64,000 nt of DNA, from the NCBI RefSeq assembly GCF_009914755.1, contig NC_060933.1, one strand, 5' to 3'. The DNA comes from the human T2T-CHM13v2.0 reference genome, Homo sapiens. Under the pieces are notes generated by a model. The model was not told the origin of the DNA, made no database searches, and saw only the letters and a program-made list of their open reading frames with translations. Shown here one piece after another: positions 45,209 through 61,637 of the stretch. Position numbers and translations under genes: made by a program. How positions within the stretch are numbered: the stretch's first letter is position 1; every line of letters starts with the position of its first letter.

Positions 45209-46059
45209 GATGTAAACTGAAACTAGGAAATATTTCACACTTCTGTGTTTTTATATATTCATAGGAAGGGCTTAATCAGGTAAAAATAAAAAGCCATGAA
45301 CAAAAAAAATGTTGATGAGAGAAAATAGGAAATTGTAGAGCTGAGGTTTAGAAGCAAGGACAATGAGTTGAGATTTTTCAGGCTCCAATTCAAATCCAGA
45401 CTTCAGAGCAACGTTAGGAACCCATGATGAAGACTGATGGGAAAACAGAGCCAATTAGAGGGTGAGACTGAGATTAGAAACTTTTATTTAAGATTTGTCA
45501 GTAGAAAGTTGATAGCTGGAAAGATGAGATGGGACAATTTTCTAATGGAAATAGATCATAGAATTAGAATAGACACAAGAGAAATATAGGATTAGACCTT
45601 GGCAAACCTCTACTTAAGGAAAAGGATTAAGGTAGGAGAACCTAGAGAAGAAGCTGGAAGCTTGTGCATTCATCCCCAGTGTCACTGGGTGAATCGCAGT
45701 GGCATATCACAGACCACAAAGATTGTCAAATCCACAAAGACTCTGCGGATTTCAGAATTGTTGTTTGGCAAAGTCTGGTTTGCCATATAAGGACACAGAT
45801 TGTCATTTTTCACAAATTCCAACCTTCTGTTTCTCAAGATATGCCTCAAGTGCATTCGTCAATTCCATCAAGGACATTTCCTGGTGGTGAGGAAACTTTA
45901 AATCCCACAAATTCTTAAGAATTCTTTTTTTAAATAATAGTAGTATTTAGATAGTAAAAGAGGTTAAATTACCCCATTGTTTTATATTCAGGGGGAGCTG
46001 TATTTCATATTCAGGGGGAGACTCAACAAACATCCTCTGAAATTCAATAGATAGGCAGA

Positions 46060-46900
46060 AATTAACAGACATTCCTTCCATTCTGTGGGTGTTTAATCCA
46101 TCCCTGACAATGTGACAGTGCTAGAGACTGCAATAAATTGGTGAACAAAGCTGACACAAACCTTTCTTGGAAAATTGATATTCTAACAGGAGAAACACAC
46201 ACATACACAAAAGTAACAATAAAGACAGCAAAGAAGTGCACACATAAAAGTGTTCTGTGAACAGGAGATAAAAGAGGGAATTATAGGGGACCACGATTTA
46301 GATAGGGTAGTAATGGAAAGCCATTCTGAGATGATATTTTAGTAGGGACCTCAAAGGTAAGAAAGTGCAACCTCATGAAGAGGCTGAAGAAGGAATATTT
46401 TAAGTAAACAGAATGGCATTGGCAAAGGCTTTGAGGGTGGCATAAACTAGACAAGTTTAAGGAGGTGGCTAGAAGAGGAAAAGAGTGGAAAGAATTACCA
46501 TGGGAGGAGTTGGGAGCTGGGTTATTGCCTCATGTGAAGAACGATTAAGGTAAGCAACAGTGGAGTAGAAATCACCTTTGAATTACTGTCATCACCATCC
46601 AGGAGCTGCTGGGCTAAGTTCGTGGCAATCAGTGAGAGAGAGAGAGATGGATGAATCCAATGATAGGCATGAAGACAATTTACAGGGCTTGTTTATGGAT
46701 CAGTGCATAGAGCCAAAGACGGAAGAATTTTAGGGATGATTCCCAGATTTTTATTTGAGAAACAGGACGGATGATGGAGCCATTTACTAAGAGGAAGATA
46801 ATGAGGTAGTGCCAAGTTTCGGGAGGAAAATCTAGTTTTATTTTAAATGTGCTAAACTTGAAATATCTGTGAATGATGTAGTCAAAGACAAGAATAGCAA
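46060..46900 (-). mobile_element. L2 LINE fragment
   Basis: ggcattggcaaaggctttgagg...gatgattcccagatttttatttgagaaacaggacggatgatggagccatttactaag. Confidence 0.7.
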
Positions 46901-48029
46901 AATTTGAAAGCAAAAAGTAATTCTTTTTCCTGTAGTAAAAAAAAAAATGGATAGGACTCTCAACAAAGTGAACAAAAATGTGTTCAGATCATTTATTTGC
47001 TTAAGCTTTTCAATGGCCCTGTTTTTCCTCCTGTCTAAGGATCCTGACACTTGGCTGGGTATTCAAGGCTCTCTGTGGTTTGTCCACAACCACTTCCCCT
47101 ACTTATCCCACACTGCAACACAACAGACAGTCCCTCATTTTATAAAGTATTCATTTCCAAAATTAGGGAATACCTTTTTCCCTCCTTCTCAGGTACATGT
47201 GATCTAAATGGAGTGGTATTATAAGAAAGAAGGGAGTGAAAAACAAAGTATTGTTTTTTCTAATCCATGAATCATTGGTTTATGGACCAAGGCTATTGTA
47301 TTAAGGCTGATTTTGAAAAGTAAAACATAAATACTTGCTAATCCCCTATTTTTTATTCATTTGTTTCCTTCTCTGCCTCAGCTAACCAGCTCACTGCATT
47401 AACTCACTTGGAAAGGGGAAGAATTGGCTACCAAATAAGCCCACTGCTGGATAGGTATGAGTTAAACTCTCAGAACCCTTAGCCCTCAGACCTTCTCTAA
47501 GAGGCAGAAATGGGGTTTTTGATGTTAATAGAAATATACTCACTGTGTTTCACTGGGACAATGACCTCGAAAACTCATTGGCTGAATTGCCTATAATATG
47601 TTGGGCAGGTACTTGGCACTCTAAGGGGAAGTAATAACAAGGGAGGTGCATTCTTCTTTCTCAGAGAACTTGTAGTATCTGGGAATACAAGGTTGGAAGC
47701 TGTCAGTCCCAGGAATAAAGGGCATTTAAATTGTTATCAGAAATAAGATGATGGAGAGAGAACCTTTAGATGAGAATAATATGAAGAGCTTTATGGAAGA
47801 GGATCTGTTTGAACTGGGCCTTAAATTATGGATATGATTTCAACAACATGGAAAGAAAGATATTTCAGGAGGAAAGTAGACTGGAACAGAGGCTGGAAGA
47901 TCAAGTATGTGCTTGTCAAACTAGAAGTAGTTCACTAAGCATGGAAAGTAAAATCTGAAGTAGAAGGTAAGGATGAAAAAAAATTGGTTGAGTCCAGAAG
48001 TTAGAAAAACTTGTTGGTTGCTTCTTCCG

Positions 48030-48547
48030 TATCTAATCCACCAACCTCCACAATTCTGAGCCTGAAAGATTTGATGGGATTAGCTCCACTATCAGTTCTA
48101 TAGAAGGGGGTCCTGATTAGATTGAATTTATCCTTGTATCCCATTCTCATATTCAAAAGGATTAATCCAGAGATATTAGCTGGTGGGGGGTAAAAGAAGA
48201 TACTCTTCTATGGGTTTTGAGCAAGCCAACCTCTTTATCTTCAATGCATACTATAGGATATTACTCTCTTTCTCTTGCTGGATGTAGACATGGAAATCTG
48301 AAGTTCTAGGACCAGAGGAAAAGTAAATAATAAAAATAATCTGGCACTGAGTAAGCAAGGCTAAAAATTAAAAAGGAGAAGAACTGAGTCCTGACAACAT
48401 TTTCTTTTGAGCCAGTGGATTAAAGCTTACATGAGAGTATTGCTATTTCTGGACTTTTAAGTTCCATGAGCCAATAAATCCCCATTATGTTTTAAGTCAA
48501 TTTGACTAGTATTTGCTATTACTTGCCATTCAAAGCATCTTGATACA
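48030..48547 (+). mobile_element. Old MLT1 (J/K/L-like) LTR
   Basis: ctggacttttaagttccatgagccAATAAAtcccc...ttacttgccattcaaagcatcttgataCA. Left boundary approximate. Confidence 0.65.
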
Positions 48548-49861
48548 GAATCCTTGAAAAGTACATTAAACTTTGTTGGCAATAAGAGATCTACTGATAT
48601 TTGTGTCTCCCAGAGTGCCATAATCTGGAAAGTAATCCTTATGGTAGTGCACAATGCAGAACACCATTAAGTCAGGATAGTCCAAAACAGAGTCCATGAA
48701 AGTCAGCCAGTCTTTTAATTTGCGATTAGTCTTATTTTGTTCTCATTCCATGCCTAGTCATTCGACTTCTCTCTTTGTCTCCCAGAAGAGGAAAGGAAGT
48801 AATTCTACTTATGTCTTTCCTTGAGAAGAACTACCTCCCTTGGGCTTGGAGCCTGACACTGTTTTTCTCTCTCCCACTGACTCCATAGATGTATTCATTT
48901 CTCTTTAGGTATTTAATATAAACCAGATAAGCCACAAACTTATAATAACTTGAGTCAATTTCAATTCTAAGGCAAGTTGAATCTTTAGGGCCAATGCTTC
49001 AAGTACAAGATACTGTGATTTCAATGACAATGAAACTGTTTGGGGAATTGCTTTCCCAAACTTTTCTACCAGTGTTTAGATTATAGCATGCAGTCCAGGA
49101 GTATATTATGAGTGATCCTCTTGAACTTTGTCAGAAAGTCCTCATAAATCACATTCAAGAAAATATATTTAACTTCCATATACATATATATGAAATTTAA
49201 GAACTTGGACAAGTGGAATAAATTCCAAACTGTCAGTTTATAGCAGTAACTTTCTTTTTCAATTTGGAGATTGAAATTTGGGGTGAGAAGGCTCTAATGG
49301 AAATAGCATGTTCTCTGAGAAACCAGAGGTGCTGCTTGACTTCTGGAATACTTTATATGGAATGATACCTTATTTTGGAATTTTAGAAAGCCTGAGTTAT
49401 GGGCCCAGGTATTTGTGGGATTCCACCATATCCCAGCTGCTAAACCTTAGCCTTTTCATCAATGAAATGGGTTTAACATTTCCATTTTATGGTAGACCAT
49501 AAAAGGAAAATATTCCTGAATAAATAAAATAATATTTACAATTTATTGTGCTGTTACTATGCTTCAGGGGCTGTGTAATAGACATTAGTATTTATCATTT
49601 ATTTAGCTCTTAATATTTATAAGGTACTAAGTATTCATACTCACCCATTCAAATAATGTAAGTACCAATATTATCATTTTCTAGATAAAAAAGTTGAGGC
49701 ACAAAAATATGAGGAATTTACCTAAGGTCACACAGGCAAAATATGTGAAAGCAGAGAATCAGAGGGGGGCAGTCTGATTTTTACAGAACCTGTTACTCTT
49801 CCTTTTCCTAGTAGCACTGAGAGCTGGGTACTGGGAATATCATTTTATCAGATGAGAAAAC

Positions 49862-50622
49862 TAAGACTCTTTTTGTTTTGTGCTACAATAACAGAATACC
49901 GCAGACTGGGCGATTTATGAAGAACAGAAATGTATTTTCTCACAGTTCTGGAGGCTGGCAAGTCTAAGATCAAGGCATCCATATCTGATGAAGGCCTTGT
50001 TGCTGTGTCCTCACATGGTAGAAGGCAGAAGGGGAAGAGGGAGATCAATCCTGTGTCTTCACATGGCCGAAGAGAGCGAGAGAGTAAAGCCATTCCTGCA
50101 AGCGTTTTTACAGTGGCATTAATCCCTTCATGAGGTGGTATGGTTTGGCTGTGTCCCCACCCAAATCTCATCTTGAATTGTAGCTTGCAGAATCCCATGT
50201 GTCATGGAAGGGACCTGGTGGGAGGTAACTGAATTATGGGGGTGGGTTTTTCCCATGCTGTTCTCATGATAGTGAATAAGTCTCATGAGATTTGATGATT
50301 TTATAAAAGGCACTTCCCCGCACAAGCTCTCTTGCCTGCTGCCATGTAAGATGTGACTTTGCTCCACTCTGGCCTTTCACCATGATTGTGAGGCCTCCCC
50401 AGACATGTGGAACTGTGAGTCCATTAAACCTCTTTTTTTTCTTTTAAATAGATTTCACAGTCTTAGGTATTCCTTCATAGCAGTATGAAAATAGACTAAT
50501 ACATGAGGAAAGAGCATTTATGACCTATACATCTTCCATGAGGCCACATCTCCCAAAACTGCTTCATTGGGGATTAATTTCAACATGAGTTTTGGAAGGC
50601 ACAAAAATATTCAAACCATAGC
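49862..50622 (-). mobile_element. MST-type MaLR LTR interrupted by THE1
   Basis: ataacagaataccgcagactggg...ctcacagttctggaggctggcaagtctaagatcaaggc...attcaaaccatagc. Confidence 0.85.
50136..50503 (+). mobile_element. THE1 solo LTR (THE1B-D-like), 5-bp TSD tgagg
   Basis: TGgtatggtttggctgtgtccccacccaaatctcatcttgaattgtagc...gactaataCA. tgagg at 50131-50135 and 50504-50508. Confidence 0.95.
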
Positions 50623-52699
50623 TCTTACAGACTATATAGAACTTTCTCAAGTTCACTCAGCTCTTTGGTCACAGTATTTAGACTTAAAACTTAACTCCAA
50701 CATTCTTTTTATCTTTCAGTTTATGTACTGTGATATTTTCCTTATATACCCACTCTCTTCATTTCAAAATTTTCCATTTTGTGTTTTCTTCAAATTAAAT
50801 TCTCACCTTCCTCCTTCTGAGCTAGATTTGAGTAGCATACAAGAGGTCAAATAGACAAATTACTGATCACTAGGTGTGTTTTAAACCCATGTTACTTTTA
50901 AGGAAACTGCTGGAAGAACTTTATATGAACTCTTGTTATATTGACTCAATTGAATATTAGTTTAAAAAACATAATCTGTAATTTCATTTTGAAGTTTACT
51001 ATACTTTATATTTTTAAACTACATTCATGACCAGATTGTTGTCTTAAAATCATTAACACATTATTATGTTCCCCTAATGCATGCCATGCTTATTCATTTC
51101 AAACTCAAATTTTAATCAGGATTAGGGAGTTTGAGTTCTCATTCTTTATTATTGGTAAGTTTCACAGCCATATATGTAGAAATATTCTGTTGTTTTTTTA
51201 TGGCCAAGTTTGTAGATTCTTCTAAAATTCTCTTTTCTCTAAGACAGAAGATGTAGAATATTAGAATTTCCAGTTTTTGTATCACTGGCTGCCACCTCAA
51301 TCAACTTACACAGCCCCATCCCCGTATATATTGTTCAACAGGCAAGATGTTAAGCAATGTAGCATAGTGGTTTGACTACACTAGCTAAATAAAATGTTCT
51401 ATTATAGAACCACCAAAATGCAAAAAAGAAATTGGCCAGGTTAAAATGAGAACAAGCTATAGAAAGCAATTGAATTCAGAATCATGAGAATTAGAAGGCC
51501 TGCTATTATGAAACTCCTCTGCATTAGATGCTCACATTGGCTTATGTTGTAGCTTGCAATGATATTCCAAATCTCTCATCTCCTTTAATTTATATAAGCA
51601 CTCTGTGAGACAGGTATTCTTTTTTAAATTTTCCAAAAGGGAGGATCAGAGACATGACAAAATTTCCCAAGGTTCTGTAGTTAGAAAGTCATTGGGCTAC
51701 GATATAAATCCAATTCTGATTCCAGCATCCAAGCACAACTCATTATACTAACTGACATGGATATTATCAGTAGATAAAGGGTTAAAATTCCATAGGCTTT
51801 CATTCTGTCATCTCTGGTCTTGGAATCTACTGGGCTCCCAATGAATGACTTTGTTTTTCTCTGTTTTTGTCCCTTTCTATTCTTTTTACAGTTTTCTTGG
51901 CCACATTCATAAGAAATGACGCCAATTAAAACTTTGCAAGGCCAAGGCTGGTTAATGTATCACTGACCACAGATTTCCCAGGATTTGGCCAAACTCTGGT
52001 TCCTTGATTATTTTTATTCTGCCCCCTCCTGTCTGGAGCCCCTAAGGACCTTCTCTTGCCAGGGCTCTGATCTCTTTGTCATTAGCCTTGGGCTCCATAC
52101 CTAGAGGGTGGGCATCCTGTTTGTGTCTACAGCTGGGACACCTTCTACATGCTGTTTTTATATGAACACTTTCAAAATACAAAGCCTTTTCATTTTCTTT
52201 ACTAACCCCGCTTTTTTATCTCCCTTCATTTCCTAGATGGAGGGCTTATCTGTAGGTTCCTCAACTTTCTCTGCCTACAGTTAACATGTCGGGCCTAGAG
52301 TGGGCCACAGACTGACATGGCCTTTGCTCTAGCACTCTCACTTAGTTGTGATCTTGTGTTCTGAACTTTTGGTTCTCTGGGTCCCTCTCTAAACTATCTG
52401 TTTAGAGAGAAATGGGATTGAATCCAGGTCAGTTTGATGCCACAGCCAGCACACTTTCTACCACCTCATGCTGGCATTTAAGCTGGGATTTGAAATCCCA
52501 GTGACCTGAAGATTCCTGGTTGATTCCCAATATTCATCCTGCTCAGATTCTTTTTAGCAAAGACAGACATTTTAGAGCAATAGTTAGAATGTCTGTTTTT
52601 GTTCCCAGTGTCAATCAACTGGACCAGTTTTCACAGTCCTCTTCTCAGTAATGTTGAGCTACACTTTGCAGCTGAGCACATTATCACCCACCTATAAGC

Positions 52700-53065
52700 T
52701 CATTTTTGCCATCCTCTTTCTTTTTCTGTAACTAAGTGTTATCATGCCACGATGTTCTGGCAAAAGAGATATAACCTGATGTAGTGTATATGGGGTACTT
52801 ATCCCTAAAAGAGAAGCTGTGTACCCATCCTAACCTATTTTTTCTTTCTGATGCTTGGAACAGTGTTTTAAAGGTTGCCACTGTGCAGCCATTTTGGTCC
52901 ATGAGGTTGAGGTACATACCCCAGGAATGATGGAATAGAGAAGTAAAACCTCCTATGTCACTGATCTAAACAGACTCATCATACTAAATTCATACCTCCA
53001 TCCCACAGTGTGCTTCATAATGAAGACAGCTGATCATCTATCTTCTTTTAAAGCATTGTTATTTA
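52700..53065 (+). mobile_element. Old MLT1-type LTR fragment
   Basis: gcagccattttggtccatgagg...aaccaatcccaactaatata. Confidence 0.5.
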
Positions 53066-54713
53066 TTTCCCTTGTATACAACAGAAACCAATCCCAACTA
53101 ATATAGATTGAGAGCTCATTAAAGAGAAGAACAGAGAGAGTTAGATGTTGATAAAGTGAAGGAAATTGACATGAATAGAGGCAATCTAATGTAGCTGTTG
53201 TAGGTTATATGTGGGTGAGAGAAAATATTTCAAAAGCTTAGATTCTTGCAGCATTATCTGGTATCTCTGTATTTAAACAACTTAATTATAATATTCTCCT
53301 AGTCCATCTAGTCCTCTGTGAAAGCATAAGGTCTGTGATCAAACCCTTGAATTTCCGCTTGCTACCTATTTGACATTGGATGAGTCCATTTATCTCTCAA
53401 AGCTTTATTTGTATACAAATAAAAGAGTGTGAGGTATCAAGTGTTTATCATAGTAATGGAACAGAGACGGCACTCAAGTAGTAGGAATTCCCATGGGTTC
53501 AGACATTCCCTACAGTTCCAGGAACTTCATTGCTGGCTTGCCTTAAAGGAGCTGACTGTATTCTGCTAAGAAAATCTCTCCCTTACTCCTGCCCCGTTCC
53601 CTTCCCTATTTGGATATATAGAGAGATAAGTTTCAATGATTTTGCAAAGATTCCATTAGCATTAAATGGAGTACACATGACCCAGGAGAATTGAAACTGT
53701 CAGTGGAAATATCTAAGTGGAAATGTTCCTGTCCATGAAGCTGTTGCTTTAGAGACCTTGTCAGTAAGAGCTTTTGTCTTAGGGGTTTGTAAATATTTAT
53801 ATTTTTAAACTACTATGAGAGGAACAACAGCCATTCCACATGAATGGATTACGTTAAATGTACCCAAAGTCTGTAATTCAAGCTGTCAAACGTGAGGAAA
53901 TACCAGACTTAAGGCTGCCATTCCAATCCACTCCGAATAAATAAGGACTTTGGGCAGAACTCTTTAACACAATGGCCCACAGACATATGGAAGACGTTAC
54001 CAGGGAAGATGACTGAAGAGAAGGAAAAACACATTAAATGAATTTGAGAAATACCTAGTCTTTCCTCCAGAGTGGAAAAGGTTTGAGGCTTGAGGGAGAT
54101 GATTGTTGGCCTAGAAATAGAAAAATAGATTAATATTAAACCGAGAATTAGGGGTGGCACGTGGAGGCTTTTCCTGTTGCTAAGACAGTTGTCTGTTTTT
54201 CACTTATTGTTTTGGGAGTCTGTTGATATGACACCAATATAGGAACCAAAGTGTGTTTCTAGGCAGACTAGGTGAGGGTATGGGATTTACTTACTGTGGA
54301 GGCTCTGTGTTAAGAGTGTGGCAGAATTTCCTGGAGTATAGAACACAGGTGGGAGCTGTGTTTATAGAACTGAGAAAATGCATTTCAGTGTGAGATTGAC
54401 CAGTGGGTCATATATAAATTTGATTCAATTCTACAAGCGTGTACTGGACACCTACTTTGTGCCAGGCATAGGCAATGAAGCTTGAGAAGCAATCTGATTT
54501 AGTGGAAAGAATGTGAGCTTCTAGTCCTTGCTCTAAGGCTCACAAGCTTTGCAGAGTAAAACAAATCACTTCCACTTTGTGCGTGTCAACTTAAAATGTC
54601 AGATTTTTCTTTTTAATAAATAAATCCTAGGTCAGATCATTTGGCAGAAGACTAAATGGGCTTGCTAATGCTCCCTCTTTCACTCTCCGGTCTAGACTGG
54701 GGAGAGTTCCAGG

Positions 54714-55114
54714 TGTGGTAATATGTTCACTCATGTTTGATGCCCCTCCTTGCAATACCCCTACTTGTGATGGGATATGCCAGCCCACAGTTTAAAACTC
54801 AGGTATGGTCAAATGACTTTTTTGTGCAGTGGGATGTAGGCAGAAGTGACAAGTGTATAAGCAGGAGCTTTTAGAGCCAGTAAGAGGCTCAGTGTATCTG
54901 CTTTTTCCTCCTCTCTGCCCTGATGACCAACAATGGTCCAGATAGAAGCTAACACATCAGCCTGTGGCCTAGGGTAAAAATGATATAAAGCTGTACTATG
55001 ACTGACTCTCACCAACATACAGCATAAGTGAGAAATTTACACTTAATGTTTTAAGTCACTGAGATTTGGGGGCTCTCTTGTTACTCCAACAAAACCCATT
55101 TACCTCTACTCACA
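54714..55114 (+). mobile_element. MLT1H-like LTR
   Basis: gggatgtaggcagaagtgac...gttttaagtcactgagatttggggg...ttgttact. Confidence 0.65.
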
Positions 55115-55153
55115 GGATAGGAGAAAACTCTAGTCTGAAAAGTACACTTTCTT

Positions 55154-57033
<1,880 letters not shown>

Positions 57034-57934
57034 AAAGTACACTTTCTTACCTCATGATGGACTAAGTCACAGTGTGCTATATCCCTAGCAGAGAGGGGAG
57101 AAATAAAAAATTCTTTGTGTTTATGGCCTTTCAATAGATTAACTCTACCCAATTAAGAAATGTAGCCCAAACTTTGTCACCTAGCAATTGGTTTACTCAC
57201 TCCTCCTCTATGGGAAGGAGAGAGTAAAATTAGGCTAAGAAACAAGAGGCAGTGTTACTTTAGTGGTGTCTCCTGTAAATGAAAATAAGATGTCTGTTAC
57301 CTCTAATAGTACTGAAGACCTATTGACCAAGGAGGTAACCTGATCAGATATCATTCAGAAATGTCTCTCTTGATACACTTTGGAGGATAAACTGGAGTAA
57401 ATATAGCTGCAGCAAGATTGACCAAGTAGGAGGAAGTAAAATAATGAGGACAAATGAATGAAGAGGGTGCACTTAATAAAGACAATTACAATAGAGCTGA
57501 AGAGTGCAAGCATGAGAAGCCTTTTGTAGACCGAGTGTCAGTGAGAGTTCAGATGTGTAGAGGAAATGTAGCCAAAGGTGCGAATGATAGGACTCTGACT
57601 GTGTCATTTATTCACAGGGAAAATTTCACCAGGGGAATCAGTTTAAAATGTTAACTAAGGCATTCAGTTTTGGGATTTTTCTTTGATCTTACATGGAATA
57701 TCAGTGGTCGCATTGGTCTGTCCTTTAAGGCCATGTTGATATACAGATCCCTGGGCAAGATGCATCATTCCACTGGACACTTGTGGCCTTTCTAGTAAGT
57801 TTATGGAAGATTTACTGGAAGACCACATTGTTTATGGTTTGTGGGAGGTATTCATAGGCATGTTAAAGAAGTGGAGATTTGACCACAGTTGTGCACCCTG
57901 AGACAGGAGACCACTAGACAAAGTGCCAGAATAG

Positions 57935-58130
57935 CCTAAGGAATTTAGTAGACCTGAGTTCAATTTCCAGCTCTAGTTTGGCTTAGAGCAAGTTACTTAA
58001 AACCACCGAGTCTCAGTTTTCTCACCTATGAAATAGAGTATAATAATAATATGTACTTAAAAGTGTTGTGAAGATCCCAGAATGTAATCAATGTAATGTG
58101 ACCAAAGCAGAGTAGGTATTCCATAAATGC
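57935..58130 (+). mobile_element. MIR
   Basis: agacctgagttcaatttccagctct...gcaagttacttaa...ctcagttttctcacctatgaaatag. Confidence 0.75.
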
Positions 58131-59676
58131 TATTTCCGTTTCCTTTCCCACACACCACTTAAATAATATGGAATGAGACTGTGTCTGAAAGACACCATTG
58201 AATGATATGTTTGTTACTGGTCAACTCACCCTTTCATTTTGAAAGTCCAAAAACAATCTTTCATGGTAAATCAAAGCAATTATGCCATCAAAGAAAAGAA
58301 AGGGACTAGAAATTTTTGGCTTACTATTCATTTAAAATAGCTTGAGCCAGAGGGACATTTTCCCTGGAGGAGAGATGACTTGGTTAGGTTTGTGCGTGGG
58401 GTGAGGTGGAGGCAGTGGTTACTCTTTCCAAATATCATCTCATCTGCTGTGGGGGGAAAGATTTGATGTGCTTTGTGGTCCAGACAAGAGAACTCTGGCC
58501 AGTAGATCAAAGTTACCATGAGACATTTCTCAGTTCAATTCATTGCAGCTAATAGTCCCACAGTGACTCTTCAGAGGTAGTCAATGCTCTGTTACTGGAC
58601 ACATGCAATCTGAGGTTAGGATAAGACTGGTAAGTTAAATAAGGGGTAGAGATTCCCATACTTAATGAGCACTTGGACTAGATGCAGGTAAATGCAACAA
58701 ATGTTTAATGACAGTCAAGTACATGAAAGACCCCAGCCATACTTTGGGAGAGGAACAGATTCAAACATAATAGAGTGTCTTAGTACAGATAGCCAACCTA
58801 GGTTCTTTGATTCTAGGACAGACTTAGTAACTCAGCTTTCCCAATTTCATTTCAGTCACTGACTAGATATTATACATTGTCAAACTTGTGCACTATTTAC
58901 TCTGATAATTCTACTTCATGTAGAATTAGCCAGCCAGAATTTTCTTCCAAAAGAAAATGGTCATGTAAACTTGACTTTTAACAGAGTTGCATCTTCAATG
59001 TTAACCATGAAATTAAAGGAGAAAAAAGTAAATGAATTATGTTAAGACACACTTAATTGAAAAGCAGACAGTTTAAATCAGCAAGGATTTATATTTTATA
59101 AAATTGGGTTATAGGCCTAACTTAGACAATAACTGTATGCTTTCAGTGATTCATTTCCAGTCCATGAGCCTCGGCATCCCCATCTGTACTATAGAGATGC
59201 ATTATTTCAGTGATTCCTTTCTCTTCTCTGAGCCTCAGTATCCCCATCTGTACTATAGGGATGGAACTTGGTAATTTTCAAGCATACCTCCTGCACCTAA
59301 ATGCTATCATGATATTAGTAATATAACAAACATGTACTAAGTGTATACCATGTGCCAGACACCATCTGAGGAAATGGGAACAGAGAAAGTAACAAGACAG
59401 TGACCCTGTCATGGAAAAATTCATTGTCTCATGGATAAAGTAGCTAATAAATGCATGATTGTGAGATGAGATATAAAGAGTTGCATGTACTAGGTACTAT
59501 GGGAATAAAATGAGTTAACAAATGATTCTGCTTTGAAGGAATGAGAAAGGCTTCTTTCTTTAATGAGCTAGTATTAAATTTTCACATCAGAATATGGGGA
59601 AAATCAAGGTGATTCTATTAATAAGATAGATTTTTATATATTCTTTCACTAGAACTGTTTAGAAACATGTACTATA

Positions 59677-59990
59677 GACCAGGTGCATTGGCTCACGCTT
59701 GTAACCCCAGCACTTTGGGAGGCTGAGACGGGTGGATCACCTGAGGTCAGGAGTTCTAGACCAGCCTGGCCAACATGGTGAAACCCTGTCTCTACTAAAA
59801 AAAAATATATAAAAATTATCTGGGTGTGGTGGCATGCTCCTGTAGTCCCAGCTACTCAGGAGGCTGAGTGAGGAGAATCACTTGAACATGGGAGGTGAAG
59901 GTTGCAGTGAGCCGGGATTGCGCCATTTTACTCCAGCCTGGGCAACAAGAGCAAAACTCTGTCTCAAAAACAAACAAACAAACAAAAAAA
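59677..59990 (+). mobile_element. AluS (Sq/Sx-like) with (CAAA)n tail
   Basis: Dimeric Alu, ggcaacaagagcaaaactct. TSD approximately aaacatgtactata / aacaacgtactata. Confidence 0.95.
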
Positions 59991-60289
59991 CAACGTACTA
60001 TAAGCCAGATAAATAAAAGTCATCAAATAATAGTTAGAAATAATTATTGAGTACCTACTAAAGACCATGCATTGTGCTAAGCACTTTACATATATTGACT
60101 CACTCACTCCTTCTGACAGCCGTATAGTAGATGACAACAACTCCATTTAAATTTACAATAAGGAAACAGGTGCATAGTATTTGAGTTGTAATTAAAATAT
60201 CCATTCAGATCTAGTGGTAGTGGCTAAACATAAGGCTGTGTTGAGAAGGATTCTGAAGCTACATTTAATAACAATAGAGGGAATGACAT

Positions 60290-60640
60290 GCTCAATTAGT
60301 AATTTGTACAACAAATATTACTCAGCTCTTTAGATGTGCCTGGCATTATTATAGATGATTAGAATACACTGGTAAACAAAAGTAGGCATGAGCCCCTGCT
60401 TTTTTATTGCTGATATTCTAGAGGAAGATACAAGGAACAGCAAACATAATAAATAAGTAGATCATTCAGCTTGTTAGACATTAAAACACGTTCTGGAAAA
60501 ACAAGACAATGTAGACCAAGGTAAGTGGTCTCTGCAAGAAGGCACAGGTGTTGCAAGTTTCAATGTGGTGGACAATGTGTGCTTTGTTGAGAAGGTGGCA
60601 TTTCATTAAACCCTTGAAGAAGGTTTAAGAGTTAGCAATA
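60290..60640 (-). mobile_element. L2 3' end
   Basis: caacaaatattactcagc...tgtgcctggcatt...ggtaaacaaaagtaggcatg. Confidence 0.65.
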
Positions 60641-61301
60641 GCATGACAAGAAAAGTGGAAATGGTGGATTGTGAGAAAACATGGCAAAATGAAAAGAAAA
60701 TTAATCTTTAAATTATGGACCTTTGTGGCTTTAAAGCTTGAAGAATAGCATTCCAGCTAAGCAAACCAAGAAATATGAGTTACAATCTTACTAGACCTAT
60801 TTCAAATTTAAGAAAGATTTAGAATTTCAAGCTATGAAAAATTGAAAAAAAATACTTTCTCTCTGGGCTTGAGTTTTCTCATCTGTAAAATGGGCACCAA
60901 ATATCTAACTCACTGAGTCTGTGTGATCATTTCATGTGCTAAGGATTATAAAGAGCCTGACATGGGGCCTGACACAAAGGTGGAGTTCTGTGATTCCTGT
61001 CACTCTCTCTGTAAACTTTTCTGGTATTAAAAGGAAAGAAACAGTGAATGGTTTGCTTTGAGTAACCCACCACATTGTGCAAATGTTTCCGAAAGTGAAA
61101 AGGCACCATCCGTCTGTTTAATTGGATTGTCTCAGAAATATATTCAAGTATTGACATAGCTTTGAATCACTTATACTTAAGACTATCAGAGAAATTTTTC
61201 TCTCCTCTGCTTCATTAGTCCAAAGATGAAAGTGACGTGAATTGGATATTTCTGTCCCCTTACTGTATCTCTCTGTAGATGTCTATTTTGTGGATTTATG
61301 A

Positions 61302-61637
<336 letters not shown>

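Noticed and set aside
45984-46020. 14-nt direct repeat atattcagggggag (and tatcgattcata twice at ~44338-44361)
   Set aside because: Ordinary micro-duplications with only two units.
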